From positions 57,350,001 through 57,414,000 of the forward strand of contig NC_135815.1 of the NCBI RefSeq assembly GCF_964213995.1: 64,000 bases of DNA. The letters are read 5' to 3'. A model generated the notes under the pieces. The model was not told where the DNA came from. It worked only from the letters and a program-made list of their open reading frames with translations, and did no database searches. Source of the stretch: Mustelus asterias (taxonomy: Eukaryota). Positions within the stretch are counted from its first letter, which is position 1. Each line of letters opens with the position of its first letter. Shown piece by piece: positions 1 to 11,103 of this stretch. Both the position numbers and the translations under genes were made by a program.

Positions 1-299
1 TGAAATCTATCAAGGGGGAATACCTACTTTAGAGTGGAGTGCAGCTGTGAATTAGAAGGTCTCCAGATGTTTATGGGGCATGGATTTTAATTTGACCTGG
101 TGACTTCAAAGCTACAGACAAGAATCTACAGTTTTACTAGAAAAGTGCTGGAAAGTACCATCCTGAAAGTGATTTCCATAATTTTCAAGACAAAATGGAG
201 AAGACCAGTCACGTGACCCACTCCTAGGGGAGACCCCCAAGGTCAACCCCTTCCCCCAGCCGTAGGCACCCCAATCCTCAGGTTGCTTGAAGGACACAC

Positions 300-939
300 T
301 GTTATATATTTGGGGTTGTTATGTTATTGCGTGGTCACTTTAAGAGACGAGTCATGTGTATATTTTGTGACATCATCATCTGCTTTGTAGGCTTTTGCCT
401 CAGTCCAGGTCAAGCCTTTGTACAATGAACACTTTTTAATAAACCTGCATTCTTATTTGCATTCAACCCACGTGCTGCACCCCAAGCTCTTTTATCCACC
501 AAGTGGGGGATATGATAGGATAAAAAGCCATGAGGAATGGATTTATTCTTTTCTAACCAAAAGAAAAATAACTCTAAGTTGCAGTTACTGACTGAAGAAG
601 ACATCGAAGATTTTGACGGTGGGACAAAATAAACAGCAGGTTAGCCGATCTCATCTGACATCGGACTGGTAGATTGTTGGGCAGTAAACAGAAAAAGAAG
701 TCCGTACTGAAACTAAAATGGGTACTCTAAAGAGTTCAGGCTGCAGGCCTTGTCACCTGTGCAGTAGAGTGGATGTGGAGGTAGAACAAGATGCAGAGAT
801 TTCTTGCACTGCATTAAATCCAGGGCAACTGCTACAATTGTCTTATATTACGAATTATAGCAAAATATAAACTAGACTTGTATTACTAAGGGAAACACCT
901 AAAGGGACGTTACTGAGCACGTTTCGGTTTTGCTGTAAA
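300..939 (+). mobile_element. Probable 5' LTR/leader of the Gypsy element
   Basis: Begins TGTT at 300, has an AATAAA at about 438, and lies directly upstream of the gag ATG at 940. No matching 3' LTR or clear PBS seen. Confidence 0.35.
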
Positions 940-1790
940 ATGGCAGGACAGTTTGGCACCATCGGTTCATTCGAGGAAGAATCCAAGAATTGGAAGTCTT
1001 ATGAAGAAAGATTTCACTGTTTTATATTAGCCAACAAGATTTCTGGTTATATCAGGGTACTAACCTTCCTCAGTACCATTGGTAGTAAACCTATAATTTG
1101 CTCTGAAGTTTGATTCAGCCTGACAAACCCAGTAGCAAAACATGTGAAGACTTTATTTAGATACCAGAGGGTCATTATTCACCCGAACCATTAATCTTCG
1201 GATGGGTGTTTTAGATTCCACAAAATAAATCAATTAGAAGGAAAGAATACAGTACAATTTATTGTGATGCTAAAGGGCCTTGCAGAGTATTATGAATTTG
1301 GCAATTTTCTAGATGATATGATTAGAGACTGCCTGGTTTGTGGATTAAAGAACGAGGCTATCCTGTGAAGATTGCTAACAGAGTGAATTTTAAGCTTAAA
1401 AGCAGCCCTAGAAATTTCAACAGAGCTTGCTGTTAAGGAGGCTACTTAGCTCGGAACAGGCATAGGGATTCATAAAATGGACACTGCCCAGAAAAAGTCT
1501 ACCTCGCCACAGGCATGTCATCACTGTGCAAAAATGGCCTATTCACTGGCTGATTGCTGGAACAAAGACAGCCAATGCAAGTATTGTGGCAAAGGTGGCC
1601 ACAGAGCAAGAGCTTGCTGGAGTAAACCAACTCTTCTGGAAAAAAATATCCCGAGGAAGAAAAAGGACACGGCAAAAAAGAAAAACAACGCAAATGCCAC
1701 TAAAATAATTTACAATGTGGAAGAGAAAAATCACGAAAACAATGAAGTCACAGCTCACAAATTTGATGAAGAATTAAAGTTGAACATACT

Positions 1791-2730
1791 TAAGACCATA
1801 AGACCATAAGACATAGGAGCGGAAGTAAGGCCATTCGGCCCATCGAGTCCACTCCACCATTCAATCATGGTTGATTTCAACTCCATTTACCCGCTCTCTC
1901 CCCATAGCCCTTAATTCCTCGAGAAATCAAGAATTTATCAATTTCTGTCTTGAAGACGCTCAACGTCTCGGCCTCCACAGCCCTCTGTGGCAATGAATTC
2001 CACAGACCCACCACTCTCTGGCTGAAGAAATTTCTCCTCATCTCTGTTCTAAAGTGACTCCCTTTTATTCTAAGGCTGTGCCCCCGCGTCCTAGTCTCCC
2101 CTGTTAATGGAAACAACTTCCCTACGTCCATCCTATCTAAGCCGTTCATTATCTTGTAAGTTTCTATCAGATCTCCCCTCAACCTCCTAAACTCCAATGA
2201 ATATAATCCCACGATCCTCAGACGTTCATCGTATGTCAGGCCTACCATTCCTGGGATCATCCGTGTGAATCTCCGCTGGACCCGCTCCAGTGCCAGTATG
2301 TCCTTCCTGAGGTGTGGGGCCCAAAATTGCTCACAGTACTCCAAATGGGGCCTAACCAGTGCTTTATAAAGCCTCAGAAGTACATCCCTGCTTTTGTATT
2401 CCAAGCCTCTTGAGATAAATGACAACATTACATTTGCTTTCCTAATTACGGACTCAACCTGCAAGTTTACCTTTAGAGAATCCTGGACTAGGACTCCCAA
2501 GTCCCTTTGCACTTTAGCATTATGAATTTTGTCACCGTTTAGAAAATAGTCCATGCCTCTATTCTTTTTTCCAAAGTGTACGACCTCGCACTTGCCCACG
2601 TTGAATTTCATCAGCCACTTCTTGGACCACTCTCCTAAACTGTCTAAATCTTTCTGCAGCCTCCCCACCTCCTCAATACTACCTGCCCCTCCACCTATCT
2701 TTGTATCATCGGCAAACTTGGCCAAATGCT
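1791..2730 (-). mobile_element. 5'-truncated CR1 LINE (RT C-terminus and 3' UTR)
   Basis: ORF 1877..2734 KFADDTK...LVRPHLEYC...FFSQRVV is uninterrupted. Ends in a (TCTTATGG)n tail. Confidence 0.95.
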
Positions 2731-2731
2731 T

Positions 2732-2986
2732 CAAGCTCTATTATCCACCAAGTGGGGTATATGATAGGATAAAAAGCCATGAGGAATGGATTTATTCTTT
2801 TCTAACCAAAAGAAAAATAACTCCAAGTTGCAGTTACTGACTGATGAAGACGTCGAAGATTTTGACGGTGGGGCAAAATAAACAGCAGGTTAGCCGATCG
2901 CATCTGACATCGGACTGGTAAGGTTGTTGGGCAGTAAACAGAAAAAAAAATCCCATACTGAAACTAAAATGGGTACTCCAAAGAGT
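2732..2986 (+). repeat. About 255 bp direct duplicate of 483-736
   Basis: caagctct...ggataaaaagccatgagg...aactaaaatgggtactc occurs at both positions with a few substitutions and indels. Confidence 0.95.
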
Positions 2987-4603
2987 CATATTACAGAGAA
3001 GGAGGTGCTGGAAGTCTTAAAGCGCATCAAGGTAGATAAATCCCTGGGACCTGATGAAGTGTATCCCAGGACATTGTGGGAGGCTAGGGAGGAAATTGCG
3101 TGTCCCCTAGCCGAGATATTTGAATCATCGATAGTCACAGGAGAGGTGCCTGAAGATTGGAGGGTGGCAAATGTTGTGCCCTTATTTAAAAAGGGCTGCA
3201 GGGAAAAGCCTGGGAACTACAGGCCAGTGAGCCTCACATCTGTGGTGGGTAAATTGTTGGAAGGTATTTTGAGAGACAGGATCTACAGGCATTTAGAGAT
3301 GCAAGGACTGATTAGGGACAGTCAGCATGGCTTTGTGAGTGGAAAATCATGTCTCACAAATTTAATTGCGTTTTTTGAAGGGGTAACCAAGAAGGTAGAT
3401 GAGGGCAGTGCAGTTGATGTTGTCTACATAGACTTTAGCAAGGCCTTTGACAAGGTACCACATGGTAGGTTGTTGCATAAGGTTAAATCTCACGGGATCC
3501 AGAGTGAGGTATCTAAATGGATACAGAATTGGCTTCTTGACAGAAGCCAGAGGATGGTTGTAGAGAGTTGTTTTTCAAACTGGAGGCCTGTGACCAGCGG
3601 TGTGCCTCAGGGATCAGTGCTCGGCCCACTGTTATTTGTCATTTATATTAATGATTTGGATGAGAATATAGGAGGCATGGTTAGTAAGTTTGCAGATGAC
3701 ACCAAGATTGGTGGCATAGTGGACAGTGAAGAAAGTTATCTCCAATTGCAACAGGATCTTGATCAATTGGGCCAGTGGGTGAACGGCAGATGGAGTTTAA
3801 TTTAGACAAATACGAGGTGATGCATTTTGGTAGATTGAACCAGGGCAGGACTTACTCAGTTAATGGTACGGCGTTGGGGAGAGTTATAGAACAAAGAGAT
3901 CTAGAGGTACATGTTCATAGCTCCTTGAAAGTGGAGTCACAGGTGGACAGAGTGGTGAAGAAGGCATTCAGCATGCTTGGTTTCATCGGTCAGAACACTG
4001 AATACAGGAGTTGGAATGTCTTGTTGAAGTTGTACAAGACATTGGTAAGGCCACACTTGGAATACTGTGTGCAATTCTGGTCACCCTATTATAGAAAGGA
4101 TATTATTAAACTAGAAAGAGTGCAGAAAAGATTTACTAGGATGCTACCGGGACTTGATGGATTGAGTTATAAGGAGAGGCTGGATAGACTGGGACTTTTT
4201 TCTCTGGAGCGTAGGAGGCTGAGGGGTAATCTTATAGAGGTCTATAAAATAATGAGGGACACAGATCAGCTAGTCAATATCTTTTCCCAAAGGTAGGGGA
4301 GTCTAAACCTAGAGGGCATAGGTTTAAGGTGAGAGGGGAGAGATACAAAAGTGTCCAGAGGGGTAATTTTTTCACACAGAAGGTGGTGAGTGTCCGGAAC
4401 AAGCTGTCAGAGGTAGTAGTAGGGGCGGGTACAATTTTGTCTTTTAAAAAGCATTTAGACAGTTACATGGGTACGATGGGTATAGAGGGATATGGGCCAA
4501 ATGCAGGCAATTGGGATTAGTTTAGGGGTTTTTAAAAAAAAAGGGTGGCATGGACAAGTTGGGCCGAAGGGCCTGTTTCCTTGCTGTAAACGTCTATGAA
4601 TCT
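2987..4603 (+). mobile_element. 5'-truncated CR1 LINE (ORF2 RT domain and 3' UTR), one frameshift
   Basis: ORFs 2924..3805 and 3775..4296: PGNYRPVSLTS, DFSKAFD, GVPQGSVLGP, FADDTK. Tail tctatgaatctat. Confidence 0.95.
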
Positions 4604-5548
4604 ATACTGTCAGTTCAAGGTGGATCACATTGGTTCTGGGTAGTTCCCAAGTTGAATGGACAGCCTATCATGATGAAAGTCGACACAGGGGCTGCTGTCT
4701 CCCTAATCTCTGAGACCTTCTATGAGAAACAATTGAGTCACCTACCATTGAAGGCAGTAGATGTCATCCTGAGGACCTATACTGAAGAAATAGTGCTTTT
4801 GAGAGGATACATCACAGTCAAAGTAGAGTTATTATCTATAGAAATTTTCTAGCTCTTTTTGGCCACTCTTAGCTAGAGAAGATAAAGTTAAATTGGAATG
4901 CTATGAACAGATTAATTGATTATAAAACAGATTTACATAGCATCTTAGAGAAATACAGCAGTGTATTTGAGGACACACATGAAAGGTGTCCAGGTAACAC
5001 TTAAGATTAAACCAAACAGCCAGCCTAAGTAACTCAAGTTCAGAGCAGTACCCTACGCTATATGTCCAGAGGTTGAATCTAAATTAATGAGACTTCTAGA
5101 CACAGGAGTTTAGAATCTGTCAGTATTAGTAACTGGGAAACACCCATTGTGCCTGTAATGAAGCAGGATGGAATGGTAGGTATCTGCAGAGATGTCAAAA
5201 CAACCATCAAACCAGTTCTATAAGCGGATCAATAACTGTTACCTTTGACTGAGGATTTGTTGCTGGACAGAAGTTCACAAAATTGACCTATCACAGACCT
5301 ACAAATTAACGTTGCAGTTGAATCTCAACACCTGCTCACCATCATAACACATAAAGGCCTATTCCGCTACAAGGGATTACCTTTCGAGAACACATCAGCA
5401 CCCGCTTTATTTCAACGGTCAATGGATCAGATCTTAAATGGTCTGCAAGGGGCTCAATGTTGCCGAGACGACATATTGATTACTGGTATCCATGAACAAG
5501 AACACTTGAATAACTTAGAAGTCACATTAAAACATCTCCAGACTCATG

Positions 5549-5675
5549 GGGTGAGATTTTACGGCCTCGCTCAACGTGAGACTGAAAAATCCCGCCCGAG
5601 GTAAACGGACTTTCCCATTGCCTGCCCCCCACCCGCTCCGATTCCCGTGGCAGACGGGGAAGTAAAATTCTGGCA
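5549..5675. mobile_element. Short Harbinger-type MITE inserted in the Gypsy RT
   Basis: Imperfect TIRs (gggtgagattttac / gtaaaattctggc). Removing it restores the reading HLQTHG-LHARKEKC. Related copy at about 23196-23320. Confidence 0.7.
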
Positions 5676-8220
5676 TTGGTCTTCATGCCAGGAAAGAAAA
5701 GTGTGATTTCTTTAAAATGTCAATACAATATTTAGGCCATGTGATCGCTAGCAAAAGTTTACACAAACCACCCAAGAAGATGGAGTTTATCATGGAGGCT
5801 CCACAAATGTAACACAGTTAAGAACAATCCTAGGGTTAATTAATTATTATGGCAAATTTGTTCCGAATATGGCAACCCTGCTTAAACATTGCATAATTTG
5901 TTGTGCATGAAACATGCATGGCTATGGACATCAGTGTGCAAAAAAGCATATAAATCAATTGAGGAAGCACTAAAGAAGTCAGAAGTGTTGGCATATTTCA
6001 CTCCAAAGTTATCACTACAACTTGCCTGTGATGCATTGCCTTACAGAGTTGGACACACATTACCTTCAGGGGAAGAAAGACCAATAGTTCTTGCATTGTG
6101 GATCTTAAAAAGTGTTGAGTTAAATTACACCCAGTTGGAGATGGAGGCATTGAGTATTATTTTTGGAGTGAAAAAAGTTCACCAATAGCTCTATGATTGT
6201 CACTTTACATTGCTAATAGGCCGCCACCCTTGACAACTATCTTTGAGCTGTATAAGGATGTTCCCTTGCTTGTTTCAAGCAGACTCAATGCTGGTCTTTA
6301 GTTTTATCAGTACATTCCTATGAGATCCAGTACCATCAGTCAGAGTGCCATGCCAATACTGACGCATTGTCAGCTTGCCTTTGCCTGCTGGTCAGGCATC
6401 ACCCAGCAGTGTTTCCAATATTTTCTATTTTTCACAGATAGAACATATCCCAGTGACTACAGCTGAGGTCCAATGACAGACCAGAAATGATCCCATGGTG
6501 GGGAAGCTACTGGAAATTGTATTAAAGGGGAGGATAGTGGAATCACATCCTGAATTAAAGCCATATGTTTCCAGAAAACTCAAGTTGACAGTCCAGGGCA
6601 GATACCTGTTGTGGGGGATGAGGGAAATAATTCCTCCAAACTTGCAACAGAGTATTGGAACAATTACATGAAGAACATTCAGGATTAGTTTGAATGAAAT
6701 AATTTGCAAGAAGCTATTTCTGGTGGCCAGGACTTGATGCCCAGATCAAGAAAAAAGCAGGATTGTGTCAGTCATGTGCACGGGTAAGGAACACACCCCT
6801 CTTCTCCCTATTGCATCCATGGTGTGGCCTAAAATGCCTTAGCAACTTCTACACATGATTCACAAGTCCATACAAAGGATACATCTTCTTGGTTATTATT
6901 GATGCACACTCCAAATGGCCTGAAGTTGTTCTCATGAAGTCAACAATGACAGAACAAACCTTCAAAAAGCTCGATGAGATTTTCACCAGATTTGGAAACC
7001 TGAACAGATTGTGAGCGGCAATGGAACACAATTTATGGCTCAAGAATTTGAAGATTACCTGAAGACGAGTGGTATCCAACACATAAAATCAGCACCACGC
7101 CACCTTTCCAGGACTGGTTTAGCCGAAAGATTTGTGCAGTCTTTGAAGCATTCACTAAAAATCTCTAAAGACCAAGGGCATGATCTGACAACCTCGTCCT
7201 GCCCAATTTCCAGCAGGAGGTGAAAAAGGAGAAACACACCCAGCATTTCACTGGGGTGGGAGAGAAGGGGGGAGCTCTGCCGGGGGGGAGGGGTGGTGGT
7301 GGTGAGGGTAGGGCGGACATTGCTGGAGGGTTGGGGGGGTGGGGGGGGACGGAGCGGATGGTTGCAGCCAAGCTGTGGTGACCAGCACCCTCTTACTTCT
7401 CCTTGTTCAGGTGGGGAATCACTTGGCTACTTGCGAAATTTCCCCAGCCATGGGGCAACTTGTTGGAGAAAAAAATGGTTTTGCAAAATAGTTGCTCTTC
7501 AATATGAACAATTTAATGATATTTCTTAATCTGCAGATCCATTTTTCCTGGTGACTTCTTGGGTGAGGAAATCTCTGTGCCAGTGAATGGGATTAAAACA
7601 GCTTCATTATCTTCACGGTGAGATATTCAGCTTGCTACCTCATCCCCATTGTTGCTGCCAAAACAAAGGGCGCAATTCTCCCATCCTGCCCGTGGCGGGT
7701 GTGGTGGGCGGGAGCAGAGAATCTAGCTGGAGCTAAAAGTCAAAAACCCGGGAATGTAAATTACATTGCAATTCTCCCAATAACGGGTTAATGGTGAGTC
7801 AGTCTTCCCGCTGGCTGGTGGTGTTAACGCTATTTGCATTCACTTGCATCTCATGAATGCTCATTAAAACAGCTGGGCACCAGTGTCCTGTCAGGCCTTC
7901 CAAACTTGTGTTACATCAGCATGAAATCACATCAGTATAAAACCCGTTTGATAAAGAGGGTGTGCACAAGGTGGCCCACAGACAGCCAGGGACTTCAGGG
8001 TGAGTGTAACACTGCCATGGTGCATTGCTTCTGATGCACTGTCAATGTCGAGGCAGACCAGTTCCTGCAACTGGACCCATTGACCCTCCTGGGTCACCAT
8101 TTCAGATTAGTACAGTGCCTGGTGTCGGGGAATGCAGGTGTCTCCTTTCCCCCGGTGCCACACACCAATGTTGTGTTTATCTGAATAGCACTGTGCTGCA
8201 GGACTCGTGTAGCCACCATG

Positions 8221-8870
8221 GGCGGCACGGTGGCACAGTGGTTAGCAGTGCTGCCTCACAGCACCAAGGACCCGAGTTCGATTCCCAGCTTGGGTCACTG
8301 TCTGTGTGGAGTCGCACGTTCTCCCTGTGCCTGCGTGGGTTTCCTCTGGGTTCTCCAGTTTCCCCCCCACAGTCTGAAAGTCGTGCTGGTTAGTGCATTG
8401 GCCATGCTAAATTCTTCCTCAGTGTACCCGAACATACATGGCGGCACGGTAGCACAGTGGTTAGCACTGCTGCTTCACAGCTCCAGGGTTCCGGGTTCGA
8501 TTCCCGGCTCGGGTCACTGTCTGTGTGGAGTTTGCACATTCTCCTCATGTCTGCGAGGGTTTCCTCCGGGTGCTCCGGTTTCCTCCCACAGTCCAAAGAT
8601 GTGCGGGTTAGGTTGATTGGCCAGGTTAAAAATTGCCCCTTAGAGTCCTGGGATGTGTAGGTTAGAGGGATTAGCGGGTAAAATATGTGGGGGTAGGGCC
8701 TGGGCGGGATTGTGGTCGGTGCAGACTCGATGGGCCGAATGGCCTCCTTCTGCACTGTAGGGTTTCTATGATACTGGAGTGCGACGACTAGGGGATTTTC
8801 ATAGTAACCTCATTGCAGTGTTAGTGTAAACCTACTTGTGACACTAATAAAAAACTTTAAAACTTAAAAA
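8221..8870 (+). mobile_element. tRNA-derived V-SINE with tail type B, interrupted by a nested SINE
   Basis: A/B-box head (tggcacagtggtt, gttcgattcc) and V-core. The tail resumes at about 8775 (gactaggggattttc...tgtgacactaataaa). Confidence 0.85.
8439..8770 (+). mobile_element. HE1-like V-SINE with CR1-type tail (type A), nested
   Basis: Full head, V-core and tail gatgggccgaatggcctccttctgcactgtagggtttctatg. Short atac duplication at the flanks. Confidence 0.9.
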
Positions 8871-9424
8871 CTATAAAGGTCCAAAGTTTGGCCAGGGTTG
8901 GAGTGAGAGATGGGGCCAAGGGGTGGGAAGGGGGGGTGGGTTACCTATTGAAGTTAAAGTGGGGGGAGGAGTGATGTGCAAGGATGGGAGGGGAAGGTGT
9001 GGGCTCAAGATGGCAGGCAGAGAGACGAGGAGGTGGATGAAGAAGATGAACAATGGAAGGCAGAGGGAAGACTGAGAAGAGGGAAACTGGACCCTGACAA
9101 GGCTGTATGAAAAACTCACAAGCAAAGGGGTCAAAAGGTTACCACATTATTTACTGGAAGGGGATGCACAAAGACTCCAGATGCAGTGGGTAGAGGTTCA
9201 AGTGAGGCATGGTGATAGGCTCAGGGAAAAGGTGGGATGATTGAATTGAGGAACAGACTTCCTCTTGAGGCTGCTAGCCTTTTCCCTGAGTTACTGACAT
9301 CCTACACGGTCTGGTGAAGACAGCTGTGCAGGAGAGAGGGATATGAGTGGGCTGCACTGGTGTTTAAATATGGTGGCAGGACCTTTGAAACTGCTGGTTG
9401 AGGGTGGGAGGGCCAGGAAACATG

Positions 9425-11103
9425 GGGCCCGATTTTACCAATAATTTGCGCCTGTTTTCGGGCACGAAATTGAATTAATGAACTGCCCGCCCAACTCTAT
9501 CAGCATTTCCCCCTTTACCACCGTGTTTGCCGATCCGGAACCACGCTTTTAGGGACCTGCTAAATAAAAGTCTGAGTTGGGTGCTCCAGCCTCTGAAGAG
9601 CACATTCAGAGCTTATAACGGCTCTATGGCTCAGATCAGTGGTGGGGGGGAGGAGGGAGGCGGGTCAGATCATTCTCTGGTTGGAGGGGGGAGGAGGGGA
9701 GTGAGGTCAGATCGGTGTCTGGTTGGGGGGGGGGGGGGGGGGGAGGAGGAGGAGGCGGGTCAGATGTATCTCTGGCGGTGGGGGAGGAGGGCTGATCGTT
9801 GTCTGGTGGTGGGGTGGGCTGATCGTTGTCTGGTGGTGGGGGGGACGGGTCAGATGTTCCTCTGGAGGGGAGGGGGAGTGAGGCCAGACCATTCGCTGGG
9901 GGAGGGGGGTGTGAGGCAAGTTCGTTGTCGGGGGAGGGGGGGAGTGAGGCCAGATCATCGTCTGGAGGGGGGGAAAGAGTGAGGCCAGATTGTCGTCTGC
10001 AGGGGGGTGGGGGGGGGGGGGTGGGTGAGCCAGATCATTGTATGGGGGCGGGGGGGGGAGGGTGAGGCCAGACCATTCTCTGAGGGCGGGGGGGTGTGAG
10101 GCAAGTTTGTTGTCGGAAGGGGGGGGAGAAGTGAGGCCAGATCATTGTCTGGGGGTGGGGGGGGGGGGGGGGGAGAGTGAGGCCAGATCGTCGTTTGCGG
10201 GGGAGGGGGGGGGGAGTGAGCCAGATCATTGTATGGGGGGGGTGAGGCCAGACCATTCTCTGCGGGGGGGGGGGGGGGGGGAAGGCCAGATCGTTGTCTT
10301 GCAGGGGGGGTGGGGGAGGGAGTGAGGCTAGATCGTTGTCTTGGGGGGGAAGGAAGGAGGCGGTAAGATGTATCTCGGGGAGGGGGGGGCAGATGGATCT
10401 CTGGTGGGGCGAGGCAGTGGATCTCTGGTGCGGGGGAGCAGATGGATCTCTGGTGGGGGGGGGCAGATGGATCTCTGGTGGGGGGGCAGATGGATCTCTG
10501 GTGGGGGGGCAGATGGATCTCTGGTGGGGGGGCAGGGGGGTCCGCTGCCACTCTGCGGGTGATCAGTGGGGGGGGAGGGGGGCAGTGGTGGCGATCGGTC
10601 TGGGTAGTGGGCGGGTGAATAAGGGACACACACACACATCACTCTCCCCCTTATCCATCACCGCCCACTACCCAGACCGATCGGCACCCCTGCCCCCCTC
10701 CCCCCCACCGATCACCCGCAGAGTGACAGCGGATCCCCCTGCACCCCCCACACCCCCACCAGAGATCCATCTGCCCCCCCCCCGCCCCACCAGAGATCCA
10801 TCTGCACTCCCGCCCCCCCACCCTGACATACACCCTCACTCCCGCTTGTCACTGCCAGGCCGCTTTTTCTGCTTTCTGCGGCTTGGGAGCGAACCGACAT
10901 GGGTGCGCTTTTTCAAATTTTTTTCTAACTGTGCATGCGCAGTTCAGAGCTCCGATCATTCCGGCAGCACTAAGCCCCGCCCACAGCGCGAATGGGACTG
11001 GAGATGGCTGAGAGCGTATGGGGGCGCCTGAAAGCGGATTTCTAAGTCGGATCTGTACTACGCCCAGATTCGACACTTGAATGAAAATGGTAAAATCGGG
11101 CCC
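9425..11103. mobile_element. Young PIF/Harbinger-type non-autonomous transposon with G-rich minisatellite
   Basis: Perfect 16 bp TIRs GGGCCCGATTTTACCA (9425-9440) and TGGTAAAATCGGGCCC (11088-11103). 3 bp TSD ATG (9422-9424 and 11104-11106). Confidence 0.88.
9630..10545 (+). repeat. G-rich minisatellites (gtgaggccagatc(a/g)ttgtctgGn, then gcagatggatctctggtGn)
   Basis: Many degenerate tandem units separated by G-runs. Confidence 0.9.

Larger units (their letters stand above)
940..7182 (+). mobile_element. Decayed Ty3/Gypsy LTR retrotransposon gag-pol (Mag/K02A2.6-like), 3'-truncated and interrupted
   Basis: gag starts MAGQFGTIGSFEEESKNWKSYEERF, with a degenerate and an intact CCHC knuckle (about 1516-1620). 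Protease KVDTGAAVS at about 4680, RT xxDD (CRDDILITG) at about 5460, RNase H LACDA at about 6020, integrase HHCC and IIDAHSKWPEV/GNGTQF/GLAERF at 6665-7150. Gypsy domain order, many stops and frameshifts. Confidence 0.93.

Noticed and set aside
483-2986. The 255 bp direct repeat as a pair of LTRs
   Set aside because: No TG...CA ends or PPT. The second copy lies in the middle of gag-pol, inside the CR1 insertion.
1877-4296. Long RT ORFs as functional genes
   Set aside because: 5'-truncated CR1 ORF2 fragments without endonuclease, ORF1 or promoter.
8221-8300. tRNA-like A/B-box sequences
   Set aside because: SINE heads continuing into the V-core, not tRNA genes.
9630-10545. Repeat-spacer-like periodicity reminiscent of a CRISPR array
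   Set aside because: The spacers are G homopolymers, the units are degenerate, the context is vertebrate, and there are no cas genes.
9527-11031. Many long Gly- or Pro-rich ORFs
   Set aside because: Products of G-run minisatellites lacking stop codons inside a MITE. No coding evidence.
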